A stretch of 64,000 nt of DNA from Dehalococcoidia bacterium (lineage in GTDB: Bacteria > Chloroflexota > Dehalococcoidia > Lucifugimonadales > UBA2985), in the NCBI GenBank assembly GCA_034422115.1, contig DAOUJW010000020.1, positions 41,352 to 105,351 on the forward strand. Direction: 5' to 3'. Shown here piece after piece: positions 17,214-26,327 of this stretch (its first letter is position 1; every line of letters starts with the position of its first letter). The translations under genes were made by a program, and so were the position numbers. The notes under the pieces are model-generated. The model saw only the letters and a program-made list of their open reading frames with translations, did not search any database and was not told the origin of the DNA.

Positions 17214-18427
17214 CGGTCGTCTTGCTGCTTGGCGCGCTCCTTCTGGCGCCGGGTGTGGCCCGGCCGGCAGTCTATGCACAGGAGACAACGTCCATCGAGG
17301 GCAGGATCAGCAACGGGACTCCCGGCGCGGATATACCCGTCGCTCTGCCGGTGGTCCTGGAGGTGTACAGGTTCGGAGAGCGCATTGAGATTCTGGATAC
17401 CGTGAGTGATGCCGACGGAGGGTTCAGCTTCGAGAACGTTCCGGGTGAATTCGGCACCGGCTACATCGTCAGTACGCAGTACGCCGGGGGCTTCTACTCC
17501 TACGAGAGGGACTTTCCGTTGCCGGAGCCTGTGGAGCTGCCGGTGTACGAGAGCACCGGCGACGGCGAGGCCGTGAGAGTGACGGTGCACAGCCTGGTCA
17601 TCAACGGCGCAGACGCCGATACCGGCCTTATGAACGTCCTTGCGCTGGTGGGATTGGAGAACTCCGGGGACCGCACCTTTGTGCCGGAGCTGCCCCAGGC
17701 CGGGGCCATGATGAGCTTTCTCAGGTTCTCTCTTCCACTGACCGCCAGCGAGGTGGACGTCCAGAGCAACCTGCGGGGAGGCAGCATACTCCAGATAGAC
17801 CGCGGGTTTGCCATGACCTCGCCGGTCCCGCCGGGCTCCTACGAGATAGCCTACACGTACCAGGCGGCCTACGAGGGCGGCAAGCTTTCCTACACCCAGT
17901 CCTTTCCATTTGGCGCAGAGACTTTTCGCGTTCTGATTCTGTCGGGGCTGGGCAGCGTCACCGGCGAGGGGCTGGAGGAGGCGGAGCCCGCAACGCTGGG
18001 CGACCAGGAGTACGTCCAGATGGAGGCCCGCGACCTGGACGTGGGCGCGAGGGTGGACCTTACGTTTTCCGGCCTGCCGCAGCCGCCGCTCTGGAAGAGG
18101 TGGCAGCAGGCCGCGACCCGCGAGGGCTTTGCCAGCATCCTGATCCCCTCGGTCTTTGGCGTGGCGCTGCTCTCACTGATAGGGTACGTGCTGCTCACCA
18201 GGCGGGAGCCGGCTGAGACTGATGCCCCTGGAGACGCGGCCCAGCGTGCTGCACTGGTAGAGACGATAGCGCGCCTTGATGACCGCTTCCAGCAAAGAGA
18301 GCTTGAGGAGGGGGACTACCTGCAACAGAGGCGGTCGCTGAAGGCCCTGGCGCTGCACGGGGCAGTCAACCCTGAACATGCCGAGCAATCAGATCTGCCC
18401 GAAGAGGGCAGAGAGGACACCCCATGA
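17198..18427 (+). CDS. Exported membrane-anchored protein of the ccm cluster
   Basis: Signal peptide, beta-rich periplasmic domain, C-terminal TM followed by a CcmI-like helix (LDDRFQQRELEEGDY). Confidence 0.75.
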   Translation: MGRAVAVVLLLGALLLAPGVARPAVYAQETTSIEGRISNGTPGADIPVALPVVLEVYRFGERIEILDTVSDADGGFSFENVPGEFGTGYIVSTQYAGGFYSYERDFPLPEPVELPVYESTGDGEAVRVTVHSLVINGADADTGLMNVLALVGLENSGDRTFVPELPQAGAMMSFLRFSLPLTASEVDVQSNLRGGSILQIDRGFAMTSPVPPGSYEIAYTYQAAYEGGKLSYTQSFPFGAETFRVLILSGLGSVTGEGLEEAEPATLGDQEYVQMEARDLDVGARVDLTFSGLPQPPLWKRWQQAATREGFASILIPSVFGVALLSLIGYVLLTRREPAETDAPGDAAQRAALVETIARLDDRFQQRELEEGDYLQQRRSLKALALHGAVNPEHAEQSDLPEEGREDTP

Positions 18428-18460
18428 GCAACCGCGCTGTCATGCAAGCCTCCCCATATC

Positions 18461-18608
18461 CGTCATTCCGGCGGAAGCCGGAATCCAGAGGATTTCATCA
18501 GAAACACAGCGCATTTATAGACAGGGACTTTGGATTCCTCACTGCGCTGCGCTCCGTTCGGAATGACAGTGGGCGCGCGCCGTCGTCATTCCGGCGGAAG
18601 CCGGAGTC
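18461..18608. repeat. Three CGTC-tagged REPs
   Basis: CGTCATTCCGGCGGAAGCCGGAATCC (18461), a longer inverted variant (18531-18567), and a third copy at 18584. Confidence 0.8.
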
Positions 18609-18626
18609 TGTATCGGAGGCCGGGCA

Positions 18627-19193
18627 TTGAGCGGACGCACCGTCATACTCCTGTCTGCGGCGGCCATCTTCGCAGCCTTCCTCGCGCTGCTGAGCCTTGC
18701 GCTGCTCCGCACCGGCGGAGCGCCCGCGTCCGGCGGCGTCAACCAGGACTTCGGAGAGGTGAGCGTCGAAGAGAAGCCTGCGCCGGGCTTCACCCTGGAG
18801 CTTTTCGAAGGCGGTTCCGTCAGCCTCGCCGACCTGCAGGGCCAGGTGGTTCTCCTGGACTTCTGGGCCTCCTGGTGTCCGCCGTGCATTGAGGAGGCGC
18901 CCACCCTCAACCGGGTCTACGAGGAGTACCGCGAGAGGGGCGTTGAGTTCCTGGGCGTCTGCATCTGGGACACGACCAGCACCTGCGAGCAGTTTCTGGA
19001 GGAGTACGAAGTTGCATATCCCACGGGCCGGGACTCAGAGGGCGCGATCCTGGTGGAGTACGGCGTCAAGGGCATCCCGGAGAAGTTCTTCATCGACGCG
19101 CAGGGCAGGGTGGCGCGCAAGTTCGCCGGCCCCGTTCGGGACGAGGACGCGCTTCGTGACATCCTGGACGATATGCTGTCTGCCTCAGGCTGA
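18627..19193 (+). CDS. TlpA/CcmG-family thiol-disulfide oxidoreductase
   Basis: N-terminal TM; DFWASWCPPC; YGVKGIPEKFFID. Confidence 0.92.
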   Translation: MSGRTVILLSAAAIFAAFLALLSLALLRTGGAPASGGVNQDFGEVSVEEKPAPGFTLELFEGGSVSLADLQGQVVLLDFWASWCPPCIEEAPTLNRVYEEYRERGVEFLGVCIWDTTSTCEQFLEEYEVAYPTGRDSEGAILVEYGVKGIPEKFFIDAQGRVARKFAGPVRDEDALRDILDDMLSASG

Positions 19194-20261
19194 GGGCGCG
19201 GGCTCTTTGCAGAAGGGCAGGCCGCCCAGGGCTGAGGAGTGCGTTCTCAGAATCTGCCTCAAATCGGTCGGGACGCACCCACTCAGCCGGTTTCCGAACA
19301 GGTACAGATAGCCCAGGTTGGGCAGGTCGCCAAGCTCCTTCGGCACCTCACCGCTCAACACGTTGCCATTGAGGGACAGGTGCTCCAGGTTGGAGAGCTG
19401 GCCAAGCTCCTCCGGTATCTCTCCGCTCAGGTGATTTCCATCGAGATGCAGCTCGACGAGGTTGGAGAGGCTGCCAAGCTCCTCCGGTATCTCGCCACTC
19501 AAGCGGTTCCCGAAAAGGTACAGGACTTCCAGCTCTGAAAGGCTGCCAAGCTCCCTCGGCGTCTCGCCGGTCAACCTGTTCTGGCTGAGAAAGAGCTGCT
19601 CCAGGTTGGAAAGCCGGCCCAACTCCGTCGGAATCTCTCCGAACAGCTCATTGTCGTACAGATAAAGGATTCTGAGTTCGGCCAGGTCACCGAGCTCCCG
19701 CGGCAACTCTCCGCTCAGCCGGTTCCCGTACAGATACAGGTACTCAAGATTGTCCAGGTCTCCCATCTCGCTTGGGATCGACCCGACCAACCGGTTTCCG
19801 TTCAGATAAAGCTCCTGGAGTCTGGATAGCTGGCCCAGTTCGGGAGGCAGCTCGCCGCTCAACCAGTTGTTTCGGAGCATCAGGGAAGTTACCCGGTCGT
19901 TGCCGTCACAGGTAACGCCAAACCACTCGCCGATGGGCTTGTCGCTCAGCCAGTTGTCGCTGTGCGTCCAGTTGGGGCCGTCGGTGGCATGGTACAGAGC
20001 GACCAGGGCTTCTCTGTCGGTCTCGGCAGACCGCGGCTCCGGGGTGGGTTCAGGGGTAGCCGTAGGCGTGGGCACAGGCGTTGCCGTAGGCGTGGGCGTT
20101 GGCGCGGGGGTAGCCGTCGGCCTTGGGGTAGGGTGGGGCGATGGCGTGGGTTGCAGAGTTGCCGTTGGCGTGGGCTCCTCCGAGCCGCAGGCGGGAAGGG
20201 TCATCGCTACGGCGATACCCAGCAGGACCAGCCATCCTATGGCTCTTTGCTTCTTATTCAT
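19185..20261 (-). CDS. Plant-type leucine-rich-repeat lipoprotein
   Basis: Lipobox LPAC, PT linker, LRR N-cap (DREALVALY...NWLSD...WFGVTC), about 9 repeats of 24 aa LxxLxLxxNxLxGxIPxELGxL. Confidence 0.92.
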   Translation of the reverse strand: MNKKQRAIGWLVLLGIAVAMTLPACGSEEPTPTATLQPTPSPHPTPRPTATPAPTPTPTATPVPTPTATPEPTPEPRSAETDREALVALYHATDGPNWTHSDNWLSDKPIGEWFGVTCDGNDRVTSLMLRNNWLSGELPPELGQLSRLQELYLNGNRLVGSIPSEMGDLDNLEYLYLYGNRLSGELPRELGDLAELRILYLYDNELFGEIPTELGRLSNLEQLFLSQNRLTGETPRELGSLSELEVLYLFGNRLSGEIPEELGSLSNLVELHLDGNHLSGEIPEELGQLSNLEHLSLNGNVLSGEVPKELGDLPNLGYLYLFGNRLSGCVPTDLRQILRTHSSALGGLPFCKEPAPSA

Positions 20262-20386
20262 CTGTCAGCTCCGGCCTTGGCGGAAGCGGGGAAATGGGCG
20301 GCGCTCAGTAGTCTGGCGCTGCGCTCTTACGGCCTCAAGGGGCCGCTTGAGAATAACTCTAGTTCATAGGTCAGCCTCGGAGCAAG

Positions 20387-20416
20387 ATTGTAGCTGATGT
20401 GCCTGCAAAAAGTCAA
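20387..20416 (-). promoter_or_regulatory. Putative promoter of the LRR gene
   Basis: TTGACT-18-TACAAT on the minus strand. Confidence 0.5.
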
Positions 20417-20598
20417 ACGCGCTTCGAAAAGGCTATTTATTGGCGAACTGGCGGCGCAGCGCGGAAGTGGGCCAGCCCTGTCCGTCGACGCCAGTGCCAG
20501 ATATGGGTGACAGCAACCGACCTCGTCAGCCAAGAATTCCCTGTCGTATGTCACCTATCCGGGCTCCCCAGGGTAGCGCCGGTTCTCATGCATATGGT

Positions 20599-21183
20599 TC
20601 AACCTCGCTGAACCCCGCAGCCTGCTGTTTCAAATTCTGTTCTGGTCTCTTGGTCCAGATTCCCGTAGGCGTCGAATATCGCTACAAATAATTCCGCTAC
20701 GGCGGGATCTGTGACGTTTTCCTCTACTACATACGGTCTGTTCTCATCCTCGCTCCGGAAGAAATCATGTGTGTGCTTGTAAAAGGCAATAACAGCGTTG
20801 TGATACTCTCTCATCTCGTCCGGCGGAGTCATGTCCTCCAACCAGTTTAGAACTCTGCCCGTTTCCCGCGCCCCCTCGCCCCACGTCTCCGGCGGTTCAA
20901 TTACTGCGTCAATGTCGCCTGAGCCGTCGACGCAGTAGGCTGCTACATCGGAGTCTGATGGGCCGGAGCCGGCGGAGGTTGGCGCGTCTCTTTCCGCCTT
21001 AGTCGCAGTGGGGTCTGCGCCAGCGGATGTTGGGGTTGCCCGGTCTGTGGCAGCAGATGCCTGCTCCGGCGTGGAGGCTGCGCCGTCGGACGGCTCATCC
21101 GAGCCGCAGGCAGTGAGGACTGTGGGAAGAACCAACACGAGCATAATGCCCAGTATCCTCAACCGACTTGCCATTCGCGTCAT
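20599..21183 (-). CDS. Uncharacterized lipoprotein
   Basis: Lipobox VLTAC, Ala/Ser/Thr linker, helical C-domain with two Cys; GGAGG RBS. Confidence 0.8.
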   Translation of the reverse strand: MTRMASRLRILGIMLVLVLPTVLTACGSDEPSDGAASTPEQASAATDRATPTSAGADPTATKAERDAPTSAGSGPSDSDVAAYCVDGSGDIDAVIEPPETWGEGARETGRVLNWLEDMTPPDEMREYHNAVIAFYKHTHDFFRSEDENRPYVVEENVTDPAVAELFVAIFDAYGNLDQETRTEFETAGCGVQRG

Positions 21184-21208
21184 CCTCTTGACCTCCCTCT
21201 TTACTTAG

Positions 21209-21322
21209 GAAACCTCTGAACAAGTAGCAAACATGACCATTCCTGCGTAGGCAGGAATCCAGGAGGGACGGGGCGTGGACTCCCGCCTTCGCGGGAGTGG
21301 ATTGGACCTGTTCAGACCTTTC
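21209..21322. mobile_element. 114-bp MITE with IS5-like ends and TTAG target duplication
   Basis: TTAG|GAAACCTCTGAACA ... TGTTCAGACCTTTC|TTAG; contains an inverted REP pair (21237-21298). Confidence 0.75.
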
Positions 21323-21329
21323 TTAGCCC

Positions 21330-23789
21330 CTAGTGCCCCGCCTCCCCCCACACCGTCGGCTCTTCAGAGTCAACGATGTTGTTGCTGTACAGGGTCTCTA
21401 TCTCCTCCTCGGAGTAGCCAAGCTCCTCAAGGATGCTGCGGGTGTGCTGGCCCCGCAGAGGGCCGGACCCCACGCGTGTCGGCGTTCTGGACAGCTCCAC
21501 CACGGGGCTGTACCGCCAGTAGTCGCCTATGCGGGGGTTGTGGGCCGGCTGTATGAAGCCGTTCTCCTCCACGTGGGGGTCCTGGGAGTAGAAGTTGAAC
21601 ATGCCGCTGTCCTCCACCTCCACGCAGGCCACGCCCGCGGCTATCAGTGACTCCTCCCACTCCCTGGGCAGCCGCGCCTTGAAGGACTTCTGAAGCTCCT
21701 CCGCGAGGGCGTCGTCGTTTTCCATGCGACTTGCGCGTGTCTTGAACCGGGCGTCCTCCGGCAGGTCGCCGCGGCCCAGGGCGTTGCACAGGGCCTGCCA
21801 CTCCTCCTCGAAGGGGCAGGAGACGAAGACGTGGCCCCGCTGCGCCTCGTACAGGCGGTGCAGGGCGTGCAGCCCGTAGCCGTCGGCATCCGGCGATATC
21901 CTGTCTGGCTTGCCATCGTAGGAGAAGAAGTCGTCCGCGTTGGCGTAGGCGTTTGCGCCTATCATGGTGGACAGGATGTACTGGGAGCCGCCAAACCGCT
22001 CCCGGGCATAGAGGCCAAGGAGCACGCCGGTGGAGATGACCATCGATGAGTTGGGGTCCGGGTTGGTCTCGTTGGCGCGTCCCAGCCTGCGGGCCACCTC
22101 CTGTATCTCCTCCAAGGTCATCTCCTGGTCAGCCGGGGGCAGGACGCCGCGGCCAAGCTGGTTCATGGCCCCGCCGATAACCGCGCCGCCGATGGGGTGC
22201 ATCGCCGGTCGATGGGAGTGCGGCCCGGAGTCGCCGTAGCCGCCCGCGTACAGGTACACGATGTTGGGGTTGATCTGCCTCACCTGCTCGTAGCCGGCGC
22301 CCAGCCGCTCAGGAGCGCCGGGTCGCATATTGTGGACAATCACGTCCGCCTTGGCCGCAAGTCGCTGGAAGACCTCCTTCCCCTCCGGGGTCTGCAGGTT
22401 GATGGAGAGGTTCTCCGCGCCCGCCTGAGTGCGGTTGCCACCCAGGCCGTCAAAGTTGCGGCGCATGGTGTCGCCCTCCAGGGTCTCCAGATGAATGACG
22501 CGCACGCCAAGCTCATAGGTGAGGGAGCAGGCGAGAGGCCCGGCGATGACGGTTGAGAGGTCAAGGAGGGTGATGCCCTCAAGGGGGTGCTTGGGCAGGG
22601 CAGCCGAGGACGATGCGCCGTTGCCGTTGCGAGCGGGCGCGCTCTCCAGCCTGGCAAGCACCTCCTCCGTGTGCTGCCCCAGGTCCGGGGCGGGCCCCTT
22701 GATGCTGCCGGGGGTGTCGCTCATCCTGACCAGCACGCCAAGCTGCTTCATCCTGCCCACCCGGGGGTCGTCAACCTCCACCACGTGCCGGTTGTGGACA
22801 ACCTGCGGGTGGTTCAGGCCCTGCTGGGTGGTGTGGAAAGGCTCGGCGGCGACGTTGGAGGTCTGGTTGACAAAGACGTCCATCCACTCGTCCCTGGTCT
22901 TCTCAAGGCCGCGCTGGAGCACCATCATTCGCAGCTCCTCGCGCTCCTCCGGCATCAGGGTAGGGGCCTTCTCGAAGCGCGGGTCCTTCAGCACGTCGCC
23001 CAGGCCCATGCTCTCGATGGCGGCGCGGAAGAGGCGGACGATTACGTTGGCCATCTGAATCCACTCGCCGTCCTTGGTGCGGATGGGCTGGTAGCCGACG
23101 CCGGGCTGCCTGTTGGGGTCGGACTGGGGGTCGTCCTGGAACCTGTCCGGGAACTTGATCATCATCTGCCAAATCAGCCAGTTGCTGATGTCGAAGGGCG
23201 TGATGCCCTGCATGAGGCTGGTCTCCACCTTCTGCCCCAAGCCGGTGCGGTCCCGGACGATTAGGGCCGACAGGATGCCTCGCAGCGCGGCCATGGTCGT
23301 GCCGTGACTGGCGATGTTGACGGCGGCGTAGTGGGGGCCGGGCCGACCGGCCTGACCCGTGAAGACGGAGTACCGGCCCACCTTGGCGGCGACGATGCTG
23401 TCGTAGGGCTTGTAGTCGGCGTAAGGCCCCTTCTGGCCAAAGGCGGAGATTGAGCAGTAGACCAGGTCCGGGCGCTGGGCGCTGAGGGCATCGTAGCCGA
23501 TGCCAAGGGCGTCTGCCTCTCCCGGCGCAAAGCTCTCGATTACGACGTCGGCCTGGGCGGCGAGCTGCCGGGCCTTCGCACGGCCCTCCTCCGTCTCCAG
23601 GTCAAGGACAACGCTCTTCTTGCCCCGGTTCCACAGGAGGTACTGGGGGAACTCCCTGTACGGGTCTCCGGTGGGCGGCTCAACCTTGATGACCTCCGCT
23701 CCAAAGTCCGAAAGCACCATTGTGGCGACGGAGCCGGGCCAGCCGGACGTGAAGTCCAGGACAACTCTGTCTTCCATCACTTGCGCCAT
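21330..23789 (-). CDS. Family III CoA-transferase (CaiB/BaiF), two fused domains
   Basis: Two CoA_transf_3 halves (DFGAEVIKVEPP.GD...WNRGKKS; ELGVRVIHLE...ADVIVHNMRPG). Confidence 0.93.
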   Translation of the reverse strand: MAQVMEDRVVLDFTSGWPGSVATMVLSDFGAEVIKVEPPTGDPYREFPQYLLWNRGKKSVVLDLETEEGRAKARQLAAQADVVIESFAPGEADALGIGYDALSAQRPDLVYCSISAFGQKGPYADYKPYDSIVAAKVGRYSVFTGQAGRPGPHYAAVNIASHGTTMAALRGILSALIVRDRTGLGQKVETSLMQGITPFDISNWLIWQMMIKFPDRFQDDPQSDPNRQPGVGYQPIRTKDGEWIQMANVIVRLFRAAIESMGLGDVLKDPRFEKAPTLMPEEREELRMMVLQRGLEKTRDEWMDVFVNQTSNVAAEPFHTTQQGLNHPQVVHNRHVVEVDDPRVGRMKQLGVLVRMSDTPGSIKGPAPDLGQHTEEVLARLESAPARNGNGASSSAALPKHPLEGITLLDLSTVIAGPLACSLTYELGVRVIHLETLEGDTMRRNFDGLGGNRTQAGAENLSINLQTPEGKEVFQRLAAKADVIVHNMRPGAPERLGAGYEQVRQINPNIVYLYAGGYGDSGPHSHRPAMHPIGGAVIGGAMNQLGRGVLPPADQEMTLEEIQEVARRLGRANETNPDPNSSMVISTGVLLGLYARERFGGSQYILSTMIGANAYANADDFFSYDGKPDRISPDADGYGLHALHRLYEAQRGHVFVSCPFEEEWQALCNALGRGDLPEDARFKTRASRMENDDALAEELQKSFKARLPREWEESLIAAGVACVEVEDSGMFNFYSQDPHVEENGFIQPAHNPRIGDYWRYSPVVELSRTPTRVGSGPLRGQHTRSILEELGYSEEEIETLYSNNIVDSEEPTVWGEAGH

Positions 23790-23970
23790 ACTATCACCTC
23801 TCAGCAGCTTATCTTTGGAACCCGCGCCTTATTTTACCCTACTGGAGAGATTACGCAAATCCGCCCCGATGATAGTAGCTCAAATTCACCTTGCACTCCT
23901 GCGAAAGCAGGAATCTGAACGACTCTCAATGGCGCAGTTGTTCAGATCGTTGCTAGAGATGACAACAACT

Positions 23971-23998
23971 GTAGGGGCGGTTCGCGAACAGCCCCTAC
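23971..23998. repeat. GTAG-type REP
   Basis: GTAGGGGCGGTTCGCGAACAGCCCCTAC. Confidence 0.75.
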
Positions 23999-24051
23999 GT
24001 GCTTGATTCGCTTGGAAGCAAGAATGTGTTTGTTTATAGTATGACTCCGCT

Positions 24052-24080
24052 TTGACCCGCGCGCCCTGCGGGAATATGAT
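24052..24080 (+). promoter_or_regulatory. sigma70 promoter of the MFS gene
   Basis: TTGACC-17-TATGAT. Confidence 0.6.
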
Positions 24081-24134
24081 GTTCTGACGCGCGGGCACTG
24101 TTTTCGGTAAGAGAAGCGACAAAAATGAGGGCAT

Positions 24135-25466
24135 GTGAAATCTGACAAAGAAACCCGCAAGAAGCCCCGCTACTTCTACGGCTGGAACATAGTCGGGGCC
24201 TCCTTCCTTGCGCACCTCTCCTATGCCGAGCACCACTCCTCGGTGCTTGGCTTTTTCATGCGACCCCTCAACCAGGAGTTCGGCTGGAGCCGCACGCAGA
24301 TCGCCCTCGTCCAGACCATCGCCCGCTTCGTGGAGGCTGGGGTCACTATATTCGTTGGCCCGCTCGTAGACAGGTACGGCCCCAGGGGACTGATGCCAAT
24401 AGGCGCGGTCATAGTGGGGCTGGCGATGATAGCTACCACCCAGATCGACTCCATCTGGCACTTCTGGCTGCTCAGGGGCGTGGTGGTGGCCGTGGGCTTC
24501 ACGCTCATGGGCAACATGGTGACCAACGTGGCGGTGAACAAGTGGTTTGTGCGCAAGCGGGGCCGGGCCATTGCCTTTTCCGGCATGGGCAGCAACATAG
24601 GCAACGTGATAATGACTCCGGCCACCGTGTGGATACTGGCCATGTACGGATGGCGCACCAGCTTTGTGGTCTTCGCGGTGGTCACGTGGCTGGTTGTGCT
24701 CATCCCCTCTGCGATTCTCATGCGCCGCCAGCCGGAGGACATGGGCCTGCGCCCCGACGGCGACGCCCCGGAAGCCTATGGAGCCGACGAGCAGGAGAGC
24801 GAAAGGCATGCCCTGCAGACGGAGGCGATCCCTTCCCTGGAGCCGGTGTGGACCCGCCGGGAGGTGATGGCAACGGCCGCCTTCTGGCTGCTCATCGCCA
24901 GCATATCCGTGGCAAACCTGGCCTTCCAGGGGATCAACATCAGCCTTGCGCCATACATGCAGGACCTGCGCTACGGCGACGCCCTGATAGCGACCATCGT
25001 GACCTTCAGGGCTGTGGTCATGGCGGCGGCCCTGCCGGTGTGGGGGTTCGTAGGGGAGCGCGCCCACCTCACCTGGGTGCGTGTAGCGCCATTTATCTTC
25101 CAGGGCGTTGGCTCGTTCCTTTTTCTCCTGGCCGACAACCAGGTGTTCCTCTGGCTGGCGGTCGTCACCTACGGAGGCGGTTTCGGCGGGGTGATGGTGG
25201 TGCAGGAGGTGCTTTGGGCCAACTACTACGGTCGGTTCAGCCTTGGCCTGGTGCGCGGCACTGGCTTTCCAATAGTTTTTGCGTTCAGCGCCGCGGGCCC
25301 CATCTTTATGAACGGCATCTTCGACGTCCTGGGTTCCTACAGACCGGCGTACCTGACTTTCATTGGCTTCTACGTCGTGGCGGCGTTGCTGCTTTGGGTT
25401 GTGCGCCCGCCCCAAGTGAAGCGCTACGCTACGCCGGAGGAATTGGGGATTGAGCGTCCCGACTGA
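24135..25466 (+). CDS. MFS transporter (OFA/MCT-like)
   Basis: YFYGWNIV, GPLVDRYGPR, KWFVRKRGRA, ANYYGR; about 12 TM. Confidence 0.92.
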   Translation: MKSDKETRKKPRYFYGWNIVGASFLAHLSYAEHHSSVLGFFMRPLNQEFGWSRTQIALVQTIARFVEAGVTIFVGPLVDRYGPRGLMPIGAVIVGLAMIATTQIDSIWHFWLLRGVVVAVGFTLMGNMVTNVAVNKWFVRKRGRAIAFSGMGSNIGNVIMTPATVWILAMYGWRTSFVVFAVVTWLVVLIPSAILMRRQPEDMGLRPDGDAPEAYGADEQESERHALQTEAIPSLEPVWTRREVMATAAFWLLIASISVANLAFQGINISLAPYMQDLRYGDALIATIVTFRAVVMAAALPVWGFVGERAHLTWVRVAPFIFQGVGSFLFLLADNQVFLWLAVVTYGGGFGGVMVVQEVLWANYYGRFSLGLVRGTGFPIVFAFSAAGPIFMNGIFDVLGSYRPAYLTFIGFYVVAALLLWVVRPPQVKRYATPEELGIERPD

Positions 25467-25544
25467 TTTCGGAGTGATTTACCTTAGGTATTGATCTGCT
25501 GTATACTAAGTTCCGTACAAAGATATCCGCACAGAGAGGAGAGT

Positions 25545-25793
25545 ATGGCGCGGCTGGATGTTCGACTGGACGCCGAACGCCGACGGCGACTGGAGGAGCT
25601 TGTTGAGGAGAGGGGAGAACCCATCTCAGAAATAGTGCGCGGCTTGATTGACGAGGCGTATGAAGCCGTAGCTCAGAAACGTCGCCGGCAGGCGGTCGAG
25701 AGGTTGATCAGGCTGGAGGTGGAGGACCCACCGGACCCGGAGACCCTTTCTCGCGAGCTGGAGGCTGCTCATGAACCCGGCGGCCTTCATTGA
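25545..25793 (+). CDS. Antitoxin (RHH/CopG-like, VapB)
   Basis: MARLDVRLD...ISEIVRGLIDEAY; overlaps a PIN gene; GGAG RBS. Confidence 0.8.
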   Translation: MARLDVRLDAERRRRLEELVEERGEPISEIVRGLIDEAYEAVAQKRRRQAVERLIRLEVEDPPDPETLSRELEAAHEPGGLH

Positions 25794-26226
25794 CGCCAAC
25801 GTCCCTATCTACGCCTCTGGCAGGGAAAACCCAAACAAGCAGCCGTGCGCTCAGGTCCTGATGCTGGCCGCGGAACACCCGATGTCATTTGTCACAGACG
25901 CGGAGGTGCTTCAGGAGCTTCTACATCGCTATCTCGCCTCGGAGCGGTGGGCCTTGGGCAGAGAAGTTCTCAACAGTTTCGCCGAGGTAATGCGTGAGCG
26001 GATCGAACCCGTATATGCGGAGGACATAGACCTGGCGGCGAAGCTGGCGGACAGTCATCGGGGGATTAGCGCCCGCGATCTCGTCCACGCGGCGGTGATG
26101 CTCCGGTTGGGAGTATACCAAATCATCTCCTCCGACGCTGACTTCGACCGCCTGCCGGGCATAACCCGCCTGAACCCTGCCCGCGTTGGAGAGTGGGGCA
26201 ATTCGGTACTGGTTGGCGAGGGCTGA
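25771..26226 (+). CDS. vapC: PIN-domain toxin VapC
   Basis: FIDANVPIY, VLQE, RDLVHAA, IISSDADFD. Confidence 0.9.
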   Translation: MNPAAFIDANVPIYASGRENPNKQPCAQVLMLAAEHPMSFVTDAEVLQELLHRYLASERWALGREVLNSFAEVMRERIEPVYAEDIDLAAKLADSHRGISARDLVHAAVMLRLGVYQIISSDADFDRLPGITRLNPARVGEWGNSVLVGEG

Positions 26227-26327
26227 TTTCAGCCACCAACCCCGGGCGCCCTTTGAAGGAGCGACGCCTTATACACGTCCCAAGCCATTGGGTTGCAGCA
26301 TACAGCCCTCCGCTATATCCTATAGTC

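Noticed and set aside
18627-19193. Additional selenoprotein candidates among redox genes (TlpA, CcmH, SufU)
   Set aside because: All have ordinary Cys codons and uninterrupted frames.
19300-19870. 72-bp tandem repeats as DGR/VR or non-coding array
   Set aside because: They are fully explained by 24-aa LRR coding; there is no adenine-specific variation pattern, template repeat or reverse transcriptase in the window.
20327-20554. 75-aa minus-strand ORF between the lipoprotein genes
   Set aside because: It overlaps the predicted LRR promoter, has no convincing RBS and no recognisable similarity.
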